Shown here: positions 1-12,479 of the stretch, in pieces
Layout: each line of letters starts with the position of its first letter
How positions within the stretch are numbered: position 1 is the first letter of the stretch
Assembly (NCBI GenBank): GCA_013416795.1
Contig: RQSC01000602.1
Location: 1 to 64,000 of the forward strand
Direction of reading: 5' to 3'
Origin: Prasinococcaceae sp. CCMP 1430
Taxonomy: Eukaryota > Plantae > Prasinodermophyta
DNA length: 64,000 nt
The notes under the pieces: generated by a model
Told to the model about the DNA's origin: nothing
Database searches by the model: none
The model's input: only the letters and a program-made list of their open reading frames with translations
Program-made: the position numbers and the translations under genes

Positions 1-430
1 GCAGCGGCGGCTGCGGCCTTGGCGGCCTTCGCGGCCTCGGCGGCCTCGGCGGCTTCGCGCTCGGCCTCGGCAGCCTCTAAGTCGGCGACATCTTCGAACC
101 AGTCGAGGTATGCGGCGTCGGCATCGACAAGCGCCTGCCGCTGCGCCGCGTCGGCCGCCGCGGCCTCCTGTCGCTCGATGCGGCGCCGCGCGCGCTCCTG
201 TGCAGCGACCGCGTGGCGCCAAGGCAACGCCTCGAACGCCGCGGCGGCGGCGCTCTCGAGGACCGCGATGGCGTCTGCGATGCGCGGCAGGCCCGCCGCC
301 CGCTCAGGCACGCCCTCCGCGTCGCGGCGCTTCAGCTCTGCGAGCTGCGCGTCCGCCGCCCCGCGCGCCTTCGCGCTTTGTAAAAACCGCGCGTAGCCGG
401 CGACGACGCGCGCGACGTCGCGGCGCCGCC
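1..430 (-). CDS. Partial exon of an unknown Ala/Glu-rich coiled-coil protein (continues beyond window start)
   Basis: Manual minus-strand translation: DVARVVAGYARFLQSAKARGAADAQLAELKRRDAEGVPERAAGLPRIADAIAVLESAAAAAFEALPWRHAVAAQERARRRIERQEAAAADAAQRQALVDADAAYLDWFEDVADLEAAEAERE. Codons are host-like; possible acceptor TTTCAG near 434. The plus-strand ORF 19..396 is its antisense shadow. Confidence 0.45.
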
Positions 431-1296
431 GAAACTGAAAAGTGTATTGCGGTTTGCGGTTGGCGCGCGCGGGTGTGACGTGAATTTTCACGCTTTGGAT
501 GCCGCTCGCGCGCAGCAACCGCAAAACAACGCTGGGGCAGGTCATTCTGATTGCACACGTCACAGACCGCACCCTTCCGCCGGCGGTGCGCTCCGCGAGA
601 TCCACCAGCTGGTTTGCGCCGTCCGCGTCCCTCACCCCGGCCTCCCATGCGAGGCGCTCCCCCTCCGGCAGGCGCCGCGGCGCGGCGCGCGACGCACCGT
701 CGACGATCCCAGCCGCCGATCCCGATCCGGAGGCGCGGCGCGCGCGGCCCGCNNNNNNNNNNNNNNNNNNNNNNNNNNNNNNNNNNNNNNNNNNNNNNNN
801 NNNNNNNNNNNNNNNNNNNNNNNNNNNNNNNNNNNNNNNNNNNNNNNNNNNNNNNNNNNNNNNNNNNNNNNNNNNNNNNNNNNNNNNNNNNNNNNNNNNN
901 NNNNNNNNNNNNNNNNNNNNNNNNNNNNNNNNNNNNGCGGGTGGCGGGGGGCGGGCGGCGCACGCTGCAGCCGAGGGCAGCGGGCACGAGCGGGGGCGAG
1001 GGGGGCGGGAAGGGTGGGGGCGGAGGGGGTCCGCCCCACTCACCTCGCGAGGCGAGAGGAGGAGCGGCGGCGAGCGAGCGCGCATTGGCGGCCGCGCGCG
1101 CGCAGCCAACCTGTTTGAAAACTGGCGCGCAGCGGTGGCGAGCAAATTCCGCGGTTTTATTGCGAAATCAGATTATTGCGACGTTTACATATCATAAAAC
1201 GTGCTTCAGAATTGCCAGCGCGATGAAATCTTTCCAAAGCGATTTGACCTGAGAAGGCGCGCACTTCCGCCCCGCGATCGGCGGAGCGCGCGCTTA

Positions 1297-1340
1297 TATC
1301 CAGAGGAACGAAACAGGCCAAAATAAATATTTTCGGGGCA
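1297..1340 (+). repeat. 44-bp dispersed intergenic element, copy 1
   Basis: tatccagaggaacgaaacaggccaaaataaatattttcggggca matches the reverse complement of 16596-16639 at 42/44 positions. Confidence 0.85.
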
Positions 1341-1999
1341 GAAACCGTCCGACGCCGACGCCCGTCGCTGTCATCAAACTCCACCTCGAAAAAGCACACT
1401 CTCATTTTGATATGATCCCATACGCAATGCATCGTGACGAGGTCATGCCGCATAGAATTGTCTTTGACATAAAACTAAGCGCAATGCGATGTGACGTGCG
1501 ATGCGCGCCGCTTTGCGTCTTCGCATTCGAAGTGGTGGCAATTTGGCCCGCAGAGGGGGGAAGGAAAGTCCAAACGCCATTTTGCGCCGTTTTCGAAACG
1601 ATTTTCGCGCGCGCGGGGCTTTCCGCTGCGTTTCCGCATATCCGCGGTTTTTATTCATTCGAAAGCGTGCATAAGTGAGCACGCGCGAGCCGAAATGCGC
1701 GGGCGGAAAGCCGCGCGCGCGCGCAGGCTGGCGGCTCTTCCCCCCCCTCCCACCCCCCCCCCACACACACCACGCTCCCGCTCCCCTCCCAGGCGCGCCA
1801 CACGCACGCCCGAGCGCACCTCCGCTCGGGGCGGCGGGCGCGCGGGTCGCCTGCCTGTCGCTCGCCCTCCTGCGGGGGGGGATTGGGCGCGGGACGCGTC
1901 GGTGTCGGTGTGCGCGGCGGAGGGGGCCGACGCCCGGGAGGTAGGGAGGGCCGGCGCCTGGACGCGCAGGCGCGTGCGTGTGGGGGGTGCGGCCGCGCG

Positions 2000-4900
2000 A
2001 TGGCGGCGCCGGCGGGGCCTGTGGCCCTCGCCTCGGCCGTCGACCTGGTGCGGGAGGCCGAGAACATGGAGGAGGTGGCGGCTCTCGCGGCGCAGCCGTC
2101 GGCAGCGCTCGCGGCGCTCAAGGGCGCGCAGGAGCGCAGGCGGCGCACGCCCGCACACGTCGCGACGACGACCGCGCCGGGCGGAGCGGGNNNNNNNNNN
2201 NNNNNNNNNNNNNNNNNNNNNNNNNNNNNNNNNNNNNNNNNNNNNNNNNNNNNNNNNNNNNNNNNNNNNNNNNNNNNNNNNNNNNNNNNNNNNNNNNNNN
2301 NNNNNNNNNNNNNNNNNNNNNNNNNNNNNNNNNNNNNNNNNNNNNNNNNNNNNNNNNNNNNNNNNNNNNNNNNNNNNNNNNNNNNNNNNNNNNNNNNNNN
2401 NNNNNNNNNNNNNNNNNNNNNNNNNNNNNNNNNNNNNNNNNNNNNNNNNNNNNNNNNNNNNNNNNNNNNNNNNNNNNNNNNNNNNNNNNNNNNNNNNNNN
2501 NNNGCGCGCGCGCGCGCGTGTTCGCGCGCACGCGGTGCGCGGCGCGCTTCCTGCGAGGCTGGCGTGCGACTGCCGCACGCGCGAGGCGCAACGCCGCCCT
2601 CTCGGCGATGGCGCCGGCGCGCTTGCGCGCGGCGGCGCTGCCACACGCGTGGGCCAGGTGGGAGGCTGCACTGGCGCTCAAGCAGAGGCGCGACACCCTG
2701 CTCGTGCGCTCGTGGGCACGGCGGGCGTATCGGATGGCGCGGGGCGCGCTCAGCGCGTTCGAAGATGCTGCAGAGCGTGGGCGAGCCAAGGCGCTCGCTC
2801 TCGCTCGCGCCGACGCGCTTCGTGCCGTGCAGCTCATGTCGCGTGGTCTCGGCGCCTGGTGGCGTGCCATCGTCGCTGCGCGGCGCAACGCCGTCGCCGA
2901 GCAGGCAGCCGCGATGCACTGGTCCGCGCAGACGACACGCGCCGTTGTCAGGCACTGGCGAGCGCGCGCCGCTCGAGAGGTCGCGTTGAGGCAGTGTGAG
3001 CGCGTCATGCGCGAGCGCGCAGAGCACAATGTGCGAGAGCGCGTCTTGGCGTCATGGCGCAAGCACGTGGCGGTCGAAGTCGAGCTGCGCCGGCGGGACC
3101 GCGCGAGGGAGCAAGCGTCCTCGGCACGGGTCCTTCGGACGTGGGCTCTGGCGACGTCGGCAGGCGCGCATGCGCGCGTCAGCGCGTGCGATGCGCTCCT
3201 GAGAGCTGTTGCCGCGGGCGACCGGGCGCTGGCAGTTGAGTCGCTTCGGGGCTGGGCTGAGCTCGCTGCGATGCTCGCAGGTGAGAGGTTCGACTGTCAG
3301 CGCTCGACACTTCGCGCGTGGCGGGGCGCGGCTGTGCGGCAGGCACTGGAGCGCGAGGCGCAGCAGGAGGAGACGGCGTCGGCGTTTCACGTGCAGCGAG
3401 TGCGCTCGTGCGTCCTGAGCGCTCTGCGCCTGCACGCGATCACGTCGCGGCGTGAGAGGGAACGCATGAGGCTTGCGTCGCGTGTCGCATCGCACAAACT
3501 GCTCGGGGGCGCAACGCGTGGCTGGCGCGCGGTCGCAGGCTTCGCGGTGGAAGCGCGCGCAGAGGCCGTCGAGGTGCTGGGGCGTGTTGCGCGCGCCCGC
3601 TTGTCGTCACTCGCCTTCGACGTGATGGCCGTATGGAGCGCTCGCGTGGTCGTCACCAGGCGCGAGCGGAAGGCTCGGATCGCTGCCGCCGAGCAGGCCG
3701 CGGCTTCGCTGTACTCACGCGCGTTTGACGCGTGGGCCGGAGCCTTGGCCGCGTCGCGCGCGGCGCGAACGCGCGCTGAGGCGTTCTCGAAGCGGGTAGA
3801 CGCGTCGCGTCTGGAGAGCGGCATCCGTGCTTTTGGCGAGCGCGTGGTGCGTGCGCGCCGGTCGGAGCAGTTGCGCCGTCGCGGCGCACGCTTCAGCTAC
3901 ACCAGGCGCCTCAGACGCGCGATGCGCGGTTGGTGGGCGACGATGCTACGCCTGCGAGTCGCTCGACAGGACGCGCTAGAGGCTGAGCGTGAGCGCACTC
4001 TGCAGCTTCTGGGCGACGCCTTCGAGGCTTGGGCAGTGGAGGGGGTGGCGGCGTGCGTGCACGAGCGCAGGCAAGAACTTGCCGCGGGCCGTCACGCGAG
4101 ATCTTCGACCATGCGCCGTGCGCTGCAGAGCTGGCGTGTGTACGCCGCACGCCGTGCCGTCAAGCGCGAGGCCGAGGCGCGCGTCGTGCGCGCCGTCCTC
4201 TTGCAGCGGTTGAAGCGTACCACGCGCGCATGGCAGGCTGCCGCGCGCGCCAAGGCCTCTCTGCGTGCCGAAGAGATCGCGCGCGCGCTCGACGTCGCGC
4301 GCCAGCTCGCACCCAGTCGTGCCCGTTCGGTTCTTCTCGCATGGGTGGACATCGCCGCCATGCTCGCCGTCGGTCGCCTCCAGGATCAGATCGCGCGCTC
4401 GCACCAGACGACGCGCTCGATTCGTGCGGTGCTGCGCGTGTGGCGACCTCTCGCTGCTCGTGGCGCCATCGCTCGACGGGGCGCGGACCGCATGGCGCAT
4501 GGGCGGGTGGCCGTCATTTGTTCGCGCGCCCTTGATGCGTTCGCCGAGGCTCTGAAGGCGCGCCGCGCGAAGGAAGCGCGCGTCGCACGAGCTCGCATTC
4601 ACCGTGCTGCCGTTCTGGGCGGATGCGCTCTGCGCTGGTGGGCGGAGCATACGAGGCGCAGGGCTGCGAAGGCCGCCGAGATCGACGCCGCTCTTCGCAT
4701 GCACGCGGACCGCGTGCGCGCGCGCGCGCTGGAACACATACATTCGGTTGGCCTTCGGAAGCTCTCCGTCCGACGAGCAGCCGCGTGCGAGCGCCTCGCC
4801 GAAGGCACGCGGCGCCAAGTCGAACTTGCTGTGAAGTACGGCGACAGGTGGCGCAAGAAGGCTGTCGCCGCTATCGCAGCGCGCGGTGGACCGCGGCTCC

Positions 4901-5826
4901 CGAGCGCGACGCTCGTGTCGTCGGCCGTGGGCTCGCGGGCGTCTGTCGCAGTCGACCCGTGCCCTTCGGCGCCGTGGGAGCCCGTTGGGCACGCCACGCG
5001 CGTCACTCCGCGCGGCTTGAACCGCCTCGCTCGCCGTGACGGCGACGACGCCCGTGACGGCACCGTCGCTGCGGAGCGCGAGCGTGGCGCCGTGCTCGCG
5101 TACAGCGCAACGAGCGCGCTCGATGCCATCTTCGCGGACATTGGGGTGACGGGCGTTCGTGAGTGCGCAGCTCGGGCAGCCAAGCGCACACAGGAGCGCA
5201 GGCGACCCGGTGCGGCCGCCCTGAGTGACTCCGAGGCCACCCTCGTAACGGCTGTGCCGACGCTGACGAGTGACCAGGATGTACACACGTCGGACGCGGA
5301 GGGCCATGGAAGTGGCCACATTGATGAAGACGTCGTTGGCGCCGTGGTCGGTGCCAGCGCCGACGCTGCTGAGAGCGCGGGCGTCGCCGAGGTCGGCGCA
5401 AGCAGCGGCCCGCTCGATGCCCTTGCGGTGTCCTTTGAGGATCCGCCTGTTCCGATCGTTTCCGACCGCGCTTTCAGGGCGGACAAGCAAGAGGCGCGCG
5501 ACGTTGACCTCGCGAGGGCTGACCCACCCGAACCCGTCTCCGAGCATGTTCGCCCCACGCAAAAGCCGGATGCGACCCCTGCGCAGGAGACATCGCTCGC
5601 CGTCTCGTTGCTGGCGGCGCCTGCAGATGTCGAGCGCGTGGCGCTCGAGGTGCGCAGCCTGGAGGCCACCCTGCGTGAGTTCAAGGCGGCCAAGGTCGCC
5701 TTGCGCGCGGCGCGCGCTGGCGGCGACGCGGCGTCCGTCGCCGCCGCCGAGCGCGCCAAGGAGCTCCTCCTTCCGAGCGCGCGCGGAGCGATCGCGCGCA
5801 TCCACGAGCTGCGCGCGGCGTGCTAG
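2000..5826 (+). CDS. SFI1-like centrin-binding repeat protein (gap 2191-2503 inside)
   Basis: ATG at 2000 (MAAPAGPVALASAVDL). After the gap a long helical Arg/Ala-rich ORF has regularly spaced hydrophobic-x-x-W-R motifs (FLRGWR, LGAWWR, VVRHWR, LASWRK, LRAWRG, AFDAWA, ALQSWR, LRVWRP), typical of SFI1 repeats. Confidence 0.65.
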
Positions 5827-6083
5827 CTCCTCCGGGGAGCGGGCCGGCGCCGCGAGCGTCGCCGCGCGCATCGCCCGCTGGCGCGGCGCACAGGTCGCAG
5901 CGAACCCCACTCGTAAACGTAAACCGCAAATCGCATCCGACGCCTTCGCACGCAATTCGAGCGATCCGCGCCGACAATGCACCGATGGCTTTGAGTTCAA
6001 AAAGAACGCTTCCGGCAGAACCCACGGAAGGCATTCGACGGGTTTTTATTATGCGCTTTTTTTTTCGTCGGCCGGCGTGCGCG

Positions 6084-7330
6084 CTACGCGGAGAAGGGCT
6101 CCGAGCCGGTGGCGCGCGCCTGCTGCGCCTCCCTCACCATGTTGGCGGCCCTCTGGCCCGTGCGCGCGGCGGCGACCCAGCGGTGCACGGCGTCGCAGCG
6201 CACCCACGACTCGAGCTCGCCGTCGTGCGGCTCGATCCTGCCCTTGGCCTGGGCGTGCCGCCTGCCCGCGCAGTGCAGCTGCTGCTGCCCGTAGCAGCTG
6301 TACTCGTCGACGTTGAGTATGGTGACCTCCTCGGCACCCGCCCACACCGACATGGGCAGCGACGCCATCGTGATGCCGCCGCACACCGCCACGCGGCACG
6401 GCGCGCCCATGCGATCGATCTGCAGGCGCAGGTCCCTCAGCTGCTCCTCGCACGACGCCGAGTACGTCCACGTGGGCGAGTAGCCGCACTGCACCACCAG
6501 GCGGTCCGGCAGGCTGCCGAGCGCGGCCAGCTCGTCCAGGAGCTGCGCGACGTTTGAGCCGAGCAGCACCGCGAGCCCCACCTCGCGGATGCCCTCGCGC
6601 CTGGCGCCGTCGATCGCCGCCGCGAGCGCGCCGGCGAGCATGTTGCAGGGCGCCTGGACCTGCCCGTTGCTCAGGTAGAACGCCCACGCCTCCACCTGCA
6701 GCGTCAGGCTGTCAACACCCGCCGCGGCGATGCGCGGCACTACCTCGGCCGCCGCATCTGGCAGGGCGTACAGGTACACCTCCAGCGGCTGCGCGGCGAT
6801 CGAGAGGAAGGGGATACAGGGGGGGTTGAAGGGGTGCAGCGTCAGCGTGGCGGTTCGCGTCGCTCGTGGCCGCGCCTGCGGGTGCGCTTATCCGCGTGCA
6901 CGTGCTTGCGAGCGTGCGCTGTTGTCGCGCTCGGCAACGCACCAGCTCCTGCGCCACGGCCTCCATGGCCGAGTACGAGAGGTTCTCCAGGTGGCTCTCG
7001 TCGCCGAGCCGGGTGTCGAGGTGTCCGTCGTGCAGGACCATCACCGCCGAGTCGAAGCGCGCGTCGCGCACGCGCCCGGCCGCGGCGACGAGCTCGCCGC
7101 CGCACGGCAGCGGCTGCGCCGGATCGGCNNNNNNNNNNNNNNNNNNNNNNNNNNNNNNNNNNNNNNNNNNNNNNNNNNNNNNNNNNNNNNNNNNNNNNNN
7201 NNNNNNGCACGGCGTAGTAGCGCTTGGAGGTGGCCGTGGCGCGCACCCACACCAGCCGCCCCGCGCTGTCCACCAGGTACTTGCGCCACTCGTACGTCTT
7301 GCCGTAGGGGCCCGCCGTGATGGCGCTCGC
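6084..7330 (-). CDS. Ribulose-phosphate 3-epimerase (RPE)-fold protein with all four metal ligands substituted (pseudoenzyme); 5' end uncertain
   Basis: Intron 6789-6942 (GTGCGT..GCAG, phase 0). RVRDARFDSAVMVLHDGH ~ RPE AGADWLHVDVMDGH; PLEVYLYALPDAAAEVVPRIAAAGVDSLTLQVEA ~ [71 protein letters not shown] ~ [39 protein letters not shown]. Confidence 0.62.
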
Positions 7331-7608
7331 GCTGAAGAGCACCTCGAAGGCGCGCGCGCCGCCCGGCGCGCGCGCTCCGGAAAAAAAAAAACGCCCGGAA
7401 AAGGATGGAAGCGGCAGGGAAAGAGGAAAAAGCCCCCCCAAAACAGATCACAAACGAACGAACGATGGAAAAAGCAAAAGCAAAAGCCGGGAAAATTAAA
7501 GAAAAAGACGCGCTGCGAATCGAGGTTGGGAGCGGAGGGAAACCGCGGGACGCGGGCGTTTCGCGCCGCGCGTTGCGCGTTTCGCGGCGGTCGCCCGCGG
7601 TCGAGCGC

Positions 7609-7633
7609 GGGGTTGGGGTTGGGGTTAGGGTTA
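7609..7633. repeat. Short telomere-like tract (GGGGTT)3-AGGGTTA
   Basis: ggggttggggttggggttagggtta, intergenic. Confidence 0.6.
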
Positions 7634-7943
7634 CGAGCGATCCCGTCGCCCTCCGCGGTTTTTGTGGTTCCGCGTGATGGGATTCGTAGACCCTGATGAA
7701 TTGGTGGCGTGTGCGGGGCGCGCGCGCGCGGCCTGACACGATTACTTTTGCCTTAAGTTCTGGCTGGGGGAGGTGCGCGAGGAGACGCGGCCGGGGGAGC
7801 CCGAGGGCCTTCGGGAGCTGCAATGCGCAGTTACCGGGCCCAAGGGCGGGCCACCAAGGCGAGCTGGGTGCGCAAGCGCGCATGCAGCTCCCGCGAGTCC
7901 TCCGCGCACGCAGCCGAACACGTGAGTTTAGAGGGTGGGGCGC

Positions 7944-8812
7944 TTAGAAGGCGCCGGCCATCTCCTCCTCGAGCTGCTTGCCCCAGGCCGCGGCGCGCTC
8001 CTCGGTCTGGTCGCCCTCGTTGTCCTCATCGAAGGGGCAGCCGAGGAACTTGCCGTCGACCTCCGACTTGGAGCCGGCGTGGTTGTAGCCGTCCGCCGAC
8101 ACGTAGCCCACCATGTTGCAGCCGGCCGACTTGAAGGTGTTGTGCACCTCCTCGATGGCGTCGCAGAAGTAGTCGGCGTAGCCCGCCGAGTCACCGAGGC
8201 CGAAGATGGCGCAGGGCTTGCCGTTGAGGTCGAGCGCCGCGATGTTGGCGAGCTCGTCGTCCCAGCTGGTGCCCGAGCGGTTGTCGTCGGCGTCGGTGTG
8301 CCAGGTGGGGGCACCCACGATGAAGCCGTCGTAGTCGGTCAGGCCGTCCGCGCCGATGTCGGCGATCTCCACGGGCTCACCGACCTTGTCGCCGAGCGCC
8401 TTCTGGATCTCGCTGGCAACGTTCTCGGTGTTGCCGGTCATCTGCGCATGCGTAGGCGAGAAGGATGAGCATGTGGTCAGCCTCGATCGCGCGCGTGCTG
8501 CGCTCCAAGCTTCTCACTCGCCTCGCGCAGGCGCGTGTGCAGGCGATGCTGGCGGGCGGACACGCGGCGGCCACCACGCACGCACGCAAGGTGCGATCGT
8601 GCGGCGCCCTCGAGCGGGAGGGATGTGGCATTGGCTCGTCCCCTTGTGCGATCGGCGGGCGCACCCGTCCGATCGGCGCGCGCACGCACCGTGCTGTAGA
8701 AGATGCCGACCTTGGCCTGCGCGGCGACGCGGCGGGGCGCGGTCGAGCGCGCGCGCACGGAGCGCGCGGCGACGGGGCGCGCGATGGTCTTGGACGGCAT
8801 GCAGAACGACAT
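7944..8812 (-). CDS. fldA: Plastid-targeted long-chain flavodoxin (2 exons: 8812-8690, 8441-7944)
   Basis: Transit peptide MSFCMPSKTIARPVAARSVRARSTAPRRVAAQA; FMN loop IFYST|MTGNTENVA; GAPTWHT; AIFGLGDSAGYADYFCDAI; GCPFDEDNE. GT-AG intron 8442-8689. Confidence 0.95.
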
Positions 8813-9745
8813 GGTGCTAGAGGTGGGGTGTGTGCGCGCTGTGTGCGGTGTGGCGCGGGCAAGGGGCGCGGGCGCAACCCCGCGCGCCCCGCGCACCCCC
8901 GCGCGCGCTCGCCCTCCCGCCTGCAGCCACCCACGTCGCCTCCTGCCACCCTCCCACAACCCCGCCCTNNNNNNNNNNNNNNNNNNNNNNNNNNNNNNNN
9001 NNNNNNNNNNNNNNNNNNNNNNNNNNNNNNNNNNNNNNNNNNNNNNNNNNNNNNNNNNNNNNNNNNNNNNNNNNNNNNNNNNNNNNNNNNNNNNNNNNNN
9101 NNNNNNNNNNNNNNNNNNNNNNNNNNNNNNNNNNNNNNNNNNNNNNNNNNNNNNNNNNNNNNNNNNNNNNNNNNNNNNNNNNNNNNNNNNNNNNNNNNNN
9201 NNNNNNNNNNNNNNNNNNNNNNNNNNNNNNNNNNNNNNNNNNNNNNNNNNNNNNNNNNNNNNNNNNNNNNNNNNNNNNNNNNNNNNNNNNNNNNNNNNNN
9301 NNNNNNNNNNNNNNNNNNNNNNNNNNNNNNNNNNNNNNNNNNNNNNNNNNNNNNNNNNNNNNNNNNNNNNNNNNNNNNNNNNNNNNNNNNNNNNNNNNNN
9401 NNNNNNNNNNNNNNNNNNNNNNNNNNNNNNNNNNNNNNNNNNNNNNNNNNNNNNNNNNNNNNNNNNNNNNNNNNNNNNNNNNNNNNNNNNNNNNNNNNNN
9501 NNNNNNNNNNNNNNNNNNNNNNNNNNNNNNNNNNNNNNNNNNNNNNNNNNNNNNNNNNNNNNNNNNNNNNNNNNNNNNNNNNNNNNNNNNNNNNNNNNNN
9601 NNNNNNNNNNNNNNNNNNNNNNNNNNNNNNNNNNNNNNNNNNNNNNNNNNNNNNNNNNNNNNNNNNNNNNNNNNNNNNNNNNNNNNNNNNNNNNNNNNNN
9701 NNNNNNNNNNNNNNNNNNNNNNNNNNNNNNNNNNNNNNNNNNNNN

Positions 9746-10607
9746 CGCGGCCGCGCGCTCCGCCGCGCACGCCAAGGCGCCGGACGCGGTCGCGGGCGAG
9801 CTCGAGCTCGAGGGGCTGCTCGAGCACGCCGCGGCGCACCTCTCCGACGCGGGGAAGGAGGCCGGCGGCGAGGAAACGCCGTGCAAGTGCGGCGGGCGAT
9901 GCGGCGCGCATGCGGCAGGCGGCGCAGCGGCCCTGTCGAGCGTGGAGGAGGCCATCGCCGCCGTGGCCGCCGGATCGTTCGCGGTGGTGGCGGACGACGA
10001 GGGGCGTGAGAACGAGGGCGACCTCATCGGCGCCGCGGAGCGCATGACGCCCGAGGCGATGGCGTTCATGGTGCGCTACACTTCGGGCGTCATCTGCGTG
10101 GGCCTGCCCGGCGAGCGCTGCGACGCGCTGGAGCTGCCGCTCATGGTGCCGCCCGACGCAAACAGCGACGCGATGGCCACGGCCTTCACGGTGACGTGCG
10201 ACCTCGCGGAGGGCACGACGACGGGCATCAGCGCGTCCGACCGCGCCGCCACGCTCCGCGCGCTCGCCGACCCTGAGGCGTCGCCCGCCGCCTTCAACCG
10301 GCCCGGCCACATCTTCCCGCTGCGCGCGCGCGCGGAGGGCGTGCTCGCGCGGCGGGGACACACCGAGGCCGCCGTCGACCTGGCGCGCCTCGCCGGCTGC
10401 GCGCCCGCGGGCGTGCTGTGCGAGCTCGTCAACGACGACGGCAGCATGCAGCGCATGCCGCAGCTGCGGGCATTCGCTGCGCAGCACGGCCTGCCCATCA
10501 TCACCGTCGAGCAGCTCGTCGCGCACCGCGAGAACTGCGAGTGCTGCGGCAAGAGAAACAAGCATGCGGGCGCGGAGCTGAAAACCGCCGAGGCCGTCGC
10601 GGCGTGA
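9746..10607 (+). CDS. ribB: Stand-alone 3,4-dihydroxy-2-butanone-4-phosphate synthase (RibB/RIB3); 5' part in gap
   Basis: VVADDEGRENEGDL, MVRYTSGVICV, AFTVTCD, TTTGISASDRAAT, RPGHIFPL, RRGHTEAAVDLARLAG, GVLCELVNDDGSM. Stops without a GTP cyclohydrolase II domain. Confidence 0.95.
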
Positions 10608-12230
10608 CCCGTCACCCATTTTTTCCCTCCCTTCTCATGTAGAACCTCTGGAGACAATCCGATGCCACGCGTCCAGGCCTGCCCCGCGTGGGCTGCTCAG
10701 TGGGCCGCGGGCCCCTCACGACCTGCGCGCAGCAGCCGGTGCACCGCGCCCCGTCCTGTCCCGCACGCGCTGCTTGTGAGGCCGAGAGCACCGCGGCGCC
10801 GCCGCCGCGCCTCGAGCCCCCGCCAGAGCTGCGCGCGGACGGCCCGGCCCGAGTGCGGTCGCCGCAGCGCGCGCGCGCGCGCGCGCGGCGCCGCCGGCGC
10901 CACACGTTCCGGATAAGAATCGGGGTGTTTCGGAACGCGCGCGCGCGCGCGCGCGCGCGCGGGTTCCGACTGAATCCCACCCGATATTCTAATTCCGTGA
11001 AATGCATGCTCATACTTCCGTGAAATGCATGGTGTCATGTCAAGATGCATTCACAAAGTTGTAGGTCCGAGCAAAACATCCCGTGCGAACCGGGAATATC
11101 GTACAGCGAAAAGCCGTGTGTTGGGTGAGCGTGAGCGGTGAGAGCGCGCGCGTGTGTGTGCGAGGACGGGCGTGGGTTGGTGCGCCCGCGAAGGGGCGCG
11201 GGCGCGCGCGCGCGCGCGGGTGCGCGCGCGTGAGGCAGGGAGGGCGCGTGTGGGCGGGTGCGTGCGTGTGAGGCGGCGCGCGCGCCCGCGAGCGCGCGCG
11301 GGCTTGCCNNNNNNNNNNNNNNNNNNNNNNNNNNNNNNNNNNNNNNNNNNNNNNNNNNNNNNNNNNNNNNNNNNNNNNNNNNNNNNNNNNNNNNNNNNNN
11401 NNNNNNNNNNNNNNNNNNNNNNNNNNNNNNNNNNNNNNNNNNNNNNNNNNNNNNNNNNNNNNNNNNNNNNNNNNNNNNNNNNNNNNNNNNNNNNNNNNNN
11501 NNNNNNNNNNNNNNNNNNNNNNNNNNNNNNNNNNNNNNNNNNNNNNNNNNNNNNNNNNNNNNNNNNNNNNNNNNNNNNNNNNNNNNNNNNNNNNNNNNNN
11601 NNNNNNNNNNNNNNNNNNNNNNNNNNNNNNNNNNNNNNNNNNNNNNNNNNNNNNNNNNNNNNNNNNNNNNNNNNNNNNNNNNNNNNNNNNNNNNNNNNNN
11701 NNNNNNNNNNNNNNNNNNNNNNNNNNNNNNNNNNNNNNNNNNNNNNNNNNNNNNNNNNNNNNNNNNNNNNNNNNNNNNNNNNNNNNNNNNNNNNNNNNNN
11801 NNNNNNNNNNNNNNNNNNNNNNNNNNNNNNNNNNNNNNNNNNNNNNNNNNNNNNNNNNNNNNNNNNNNNNNNNNNNNNNNNNNNNNNNNNNNNNNNNNNN
11901 NNNNNNNNNNNNNNNNNNNNNNNNNNNNNNNNNNNNNNNNNNNNNNNNNNNNNNNNNNNNNNNNNNNNNNNNNNNNNNNNNNNNNNNNNNNNNNNNNNNN
12001 NNNNNNNNNNNNNNNNNNNNNNNNNNNNNNNNNNNNNNNNNNNNNNNNNNNNNNNNNNNNNNNNNNNNNNNNNNNNNNNNNNNNNNNNNNNNNNNNNNNN
12101 NNNNNNNNNNNNNNNNNNNNNNNNNNNNNNNNNNNNNNNNNNNNNNNNNNNNNNNNNNNNNNNNNNNNNNNNNNNNNNNNNNNNNNNNNNNNNNNNNNNN
12201 NNNNNNNNNNNNNNNNNNNCCCGAGTGCGG

Positions 12231-12261
<31 letters not shown>

Positions 12262-12479
12262 GCCCGGGGCAACCGGCGGGCTTCGGACCCTACTCTTTAC
12301 CCCTAATGTGCGTGCAGTCAAAACAAAACCTAAACCTCTTGCGGAAGGTAGCCGAACCCTCCCTCGCCGCAATTTACCCCGATTCCAAACCCAAACCAAA
12401 TCAAAAAAATCCTAGACCCTGCGAGACTCTCGCCCCAATCCTGTCCAAAGTTCCAAACCTCAACGACCGTCCGCCCGCT

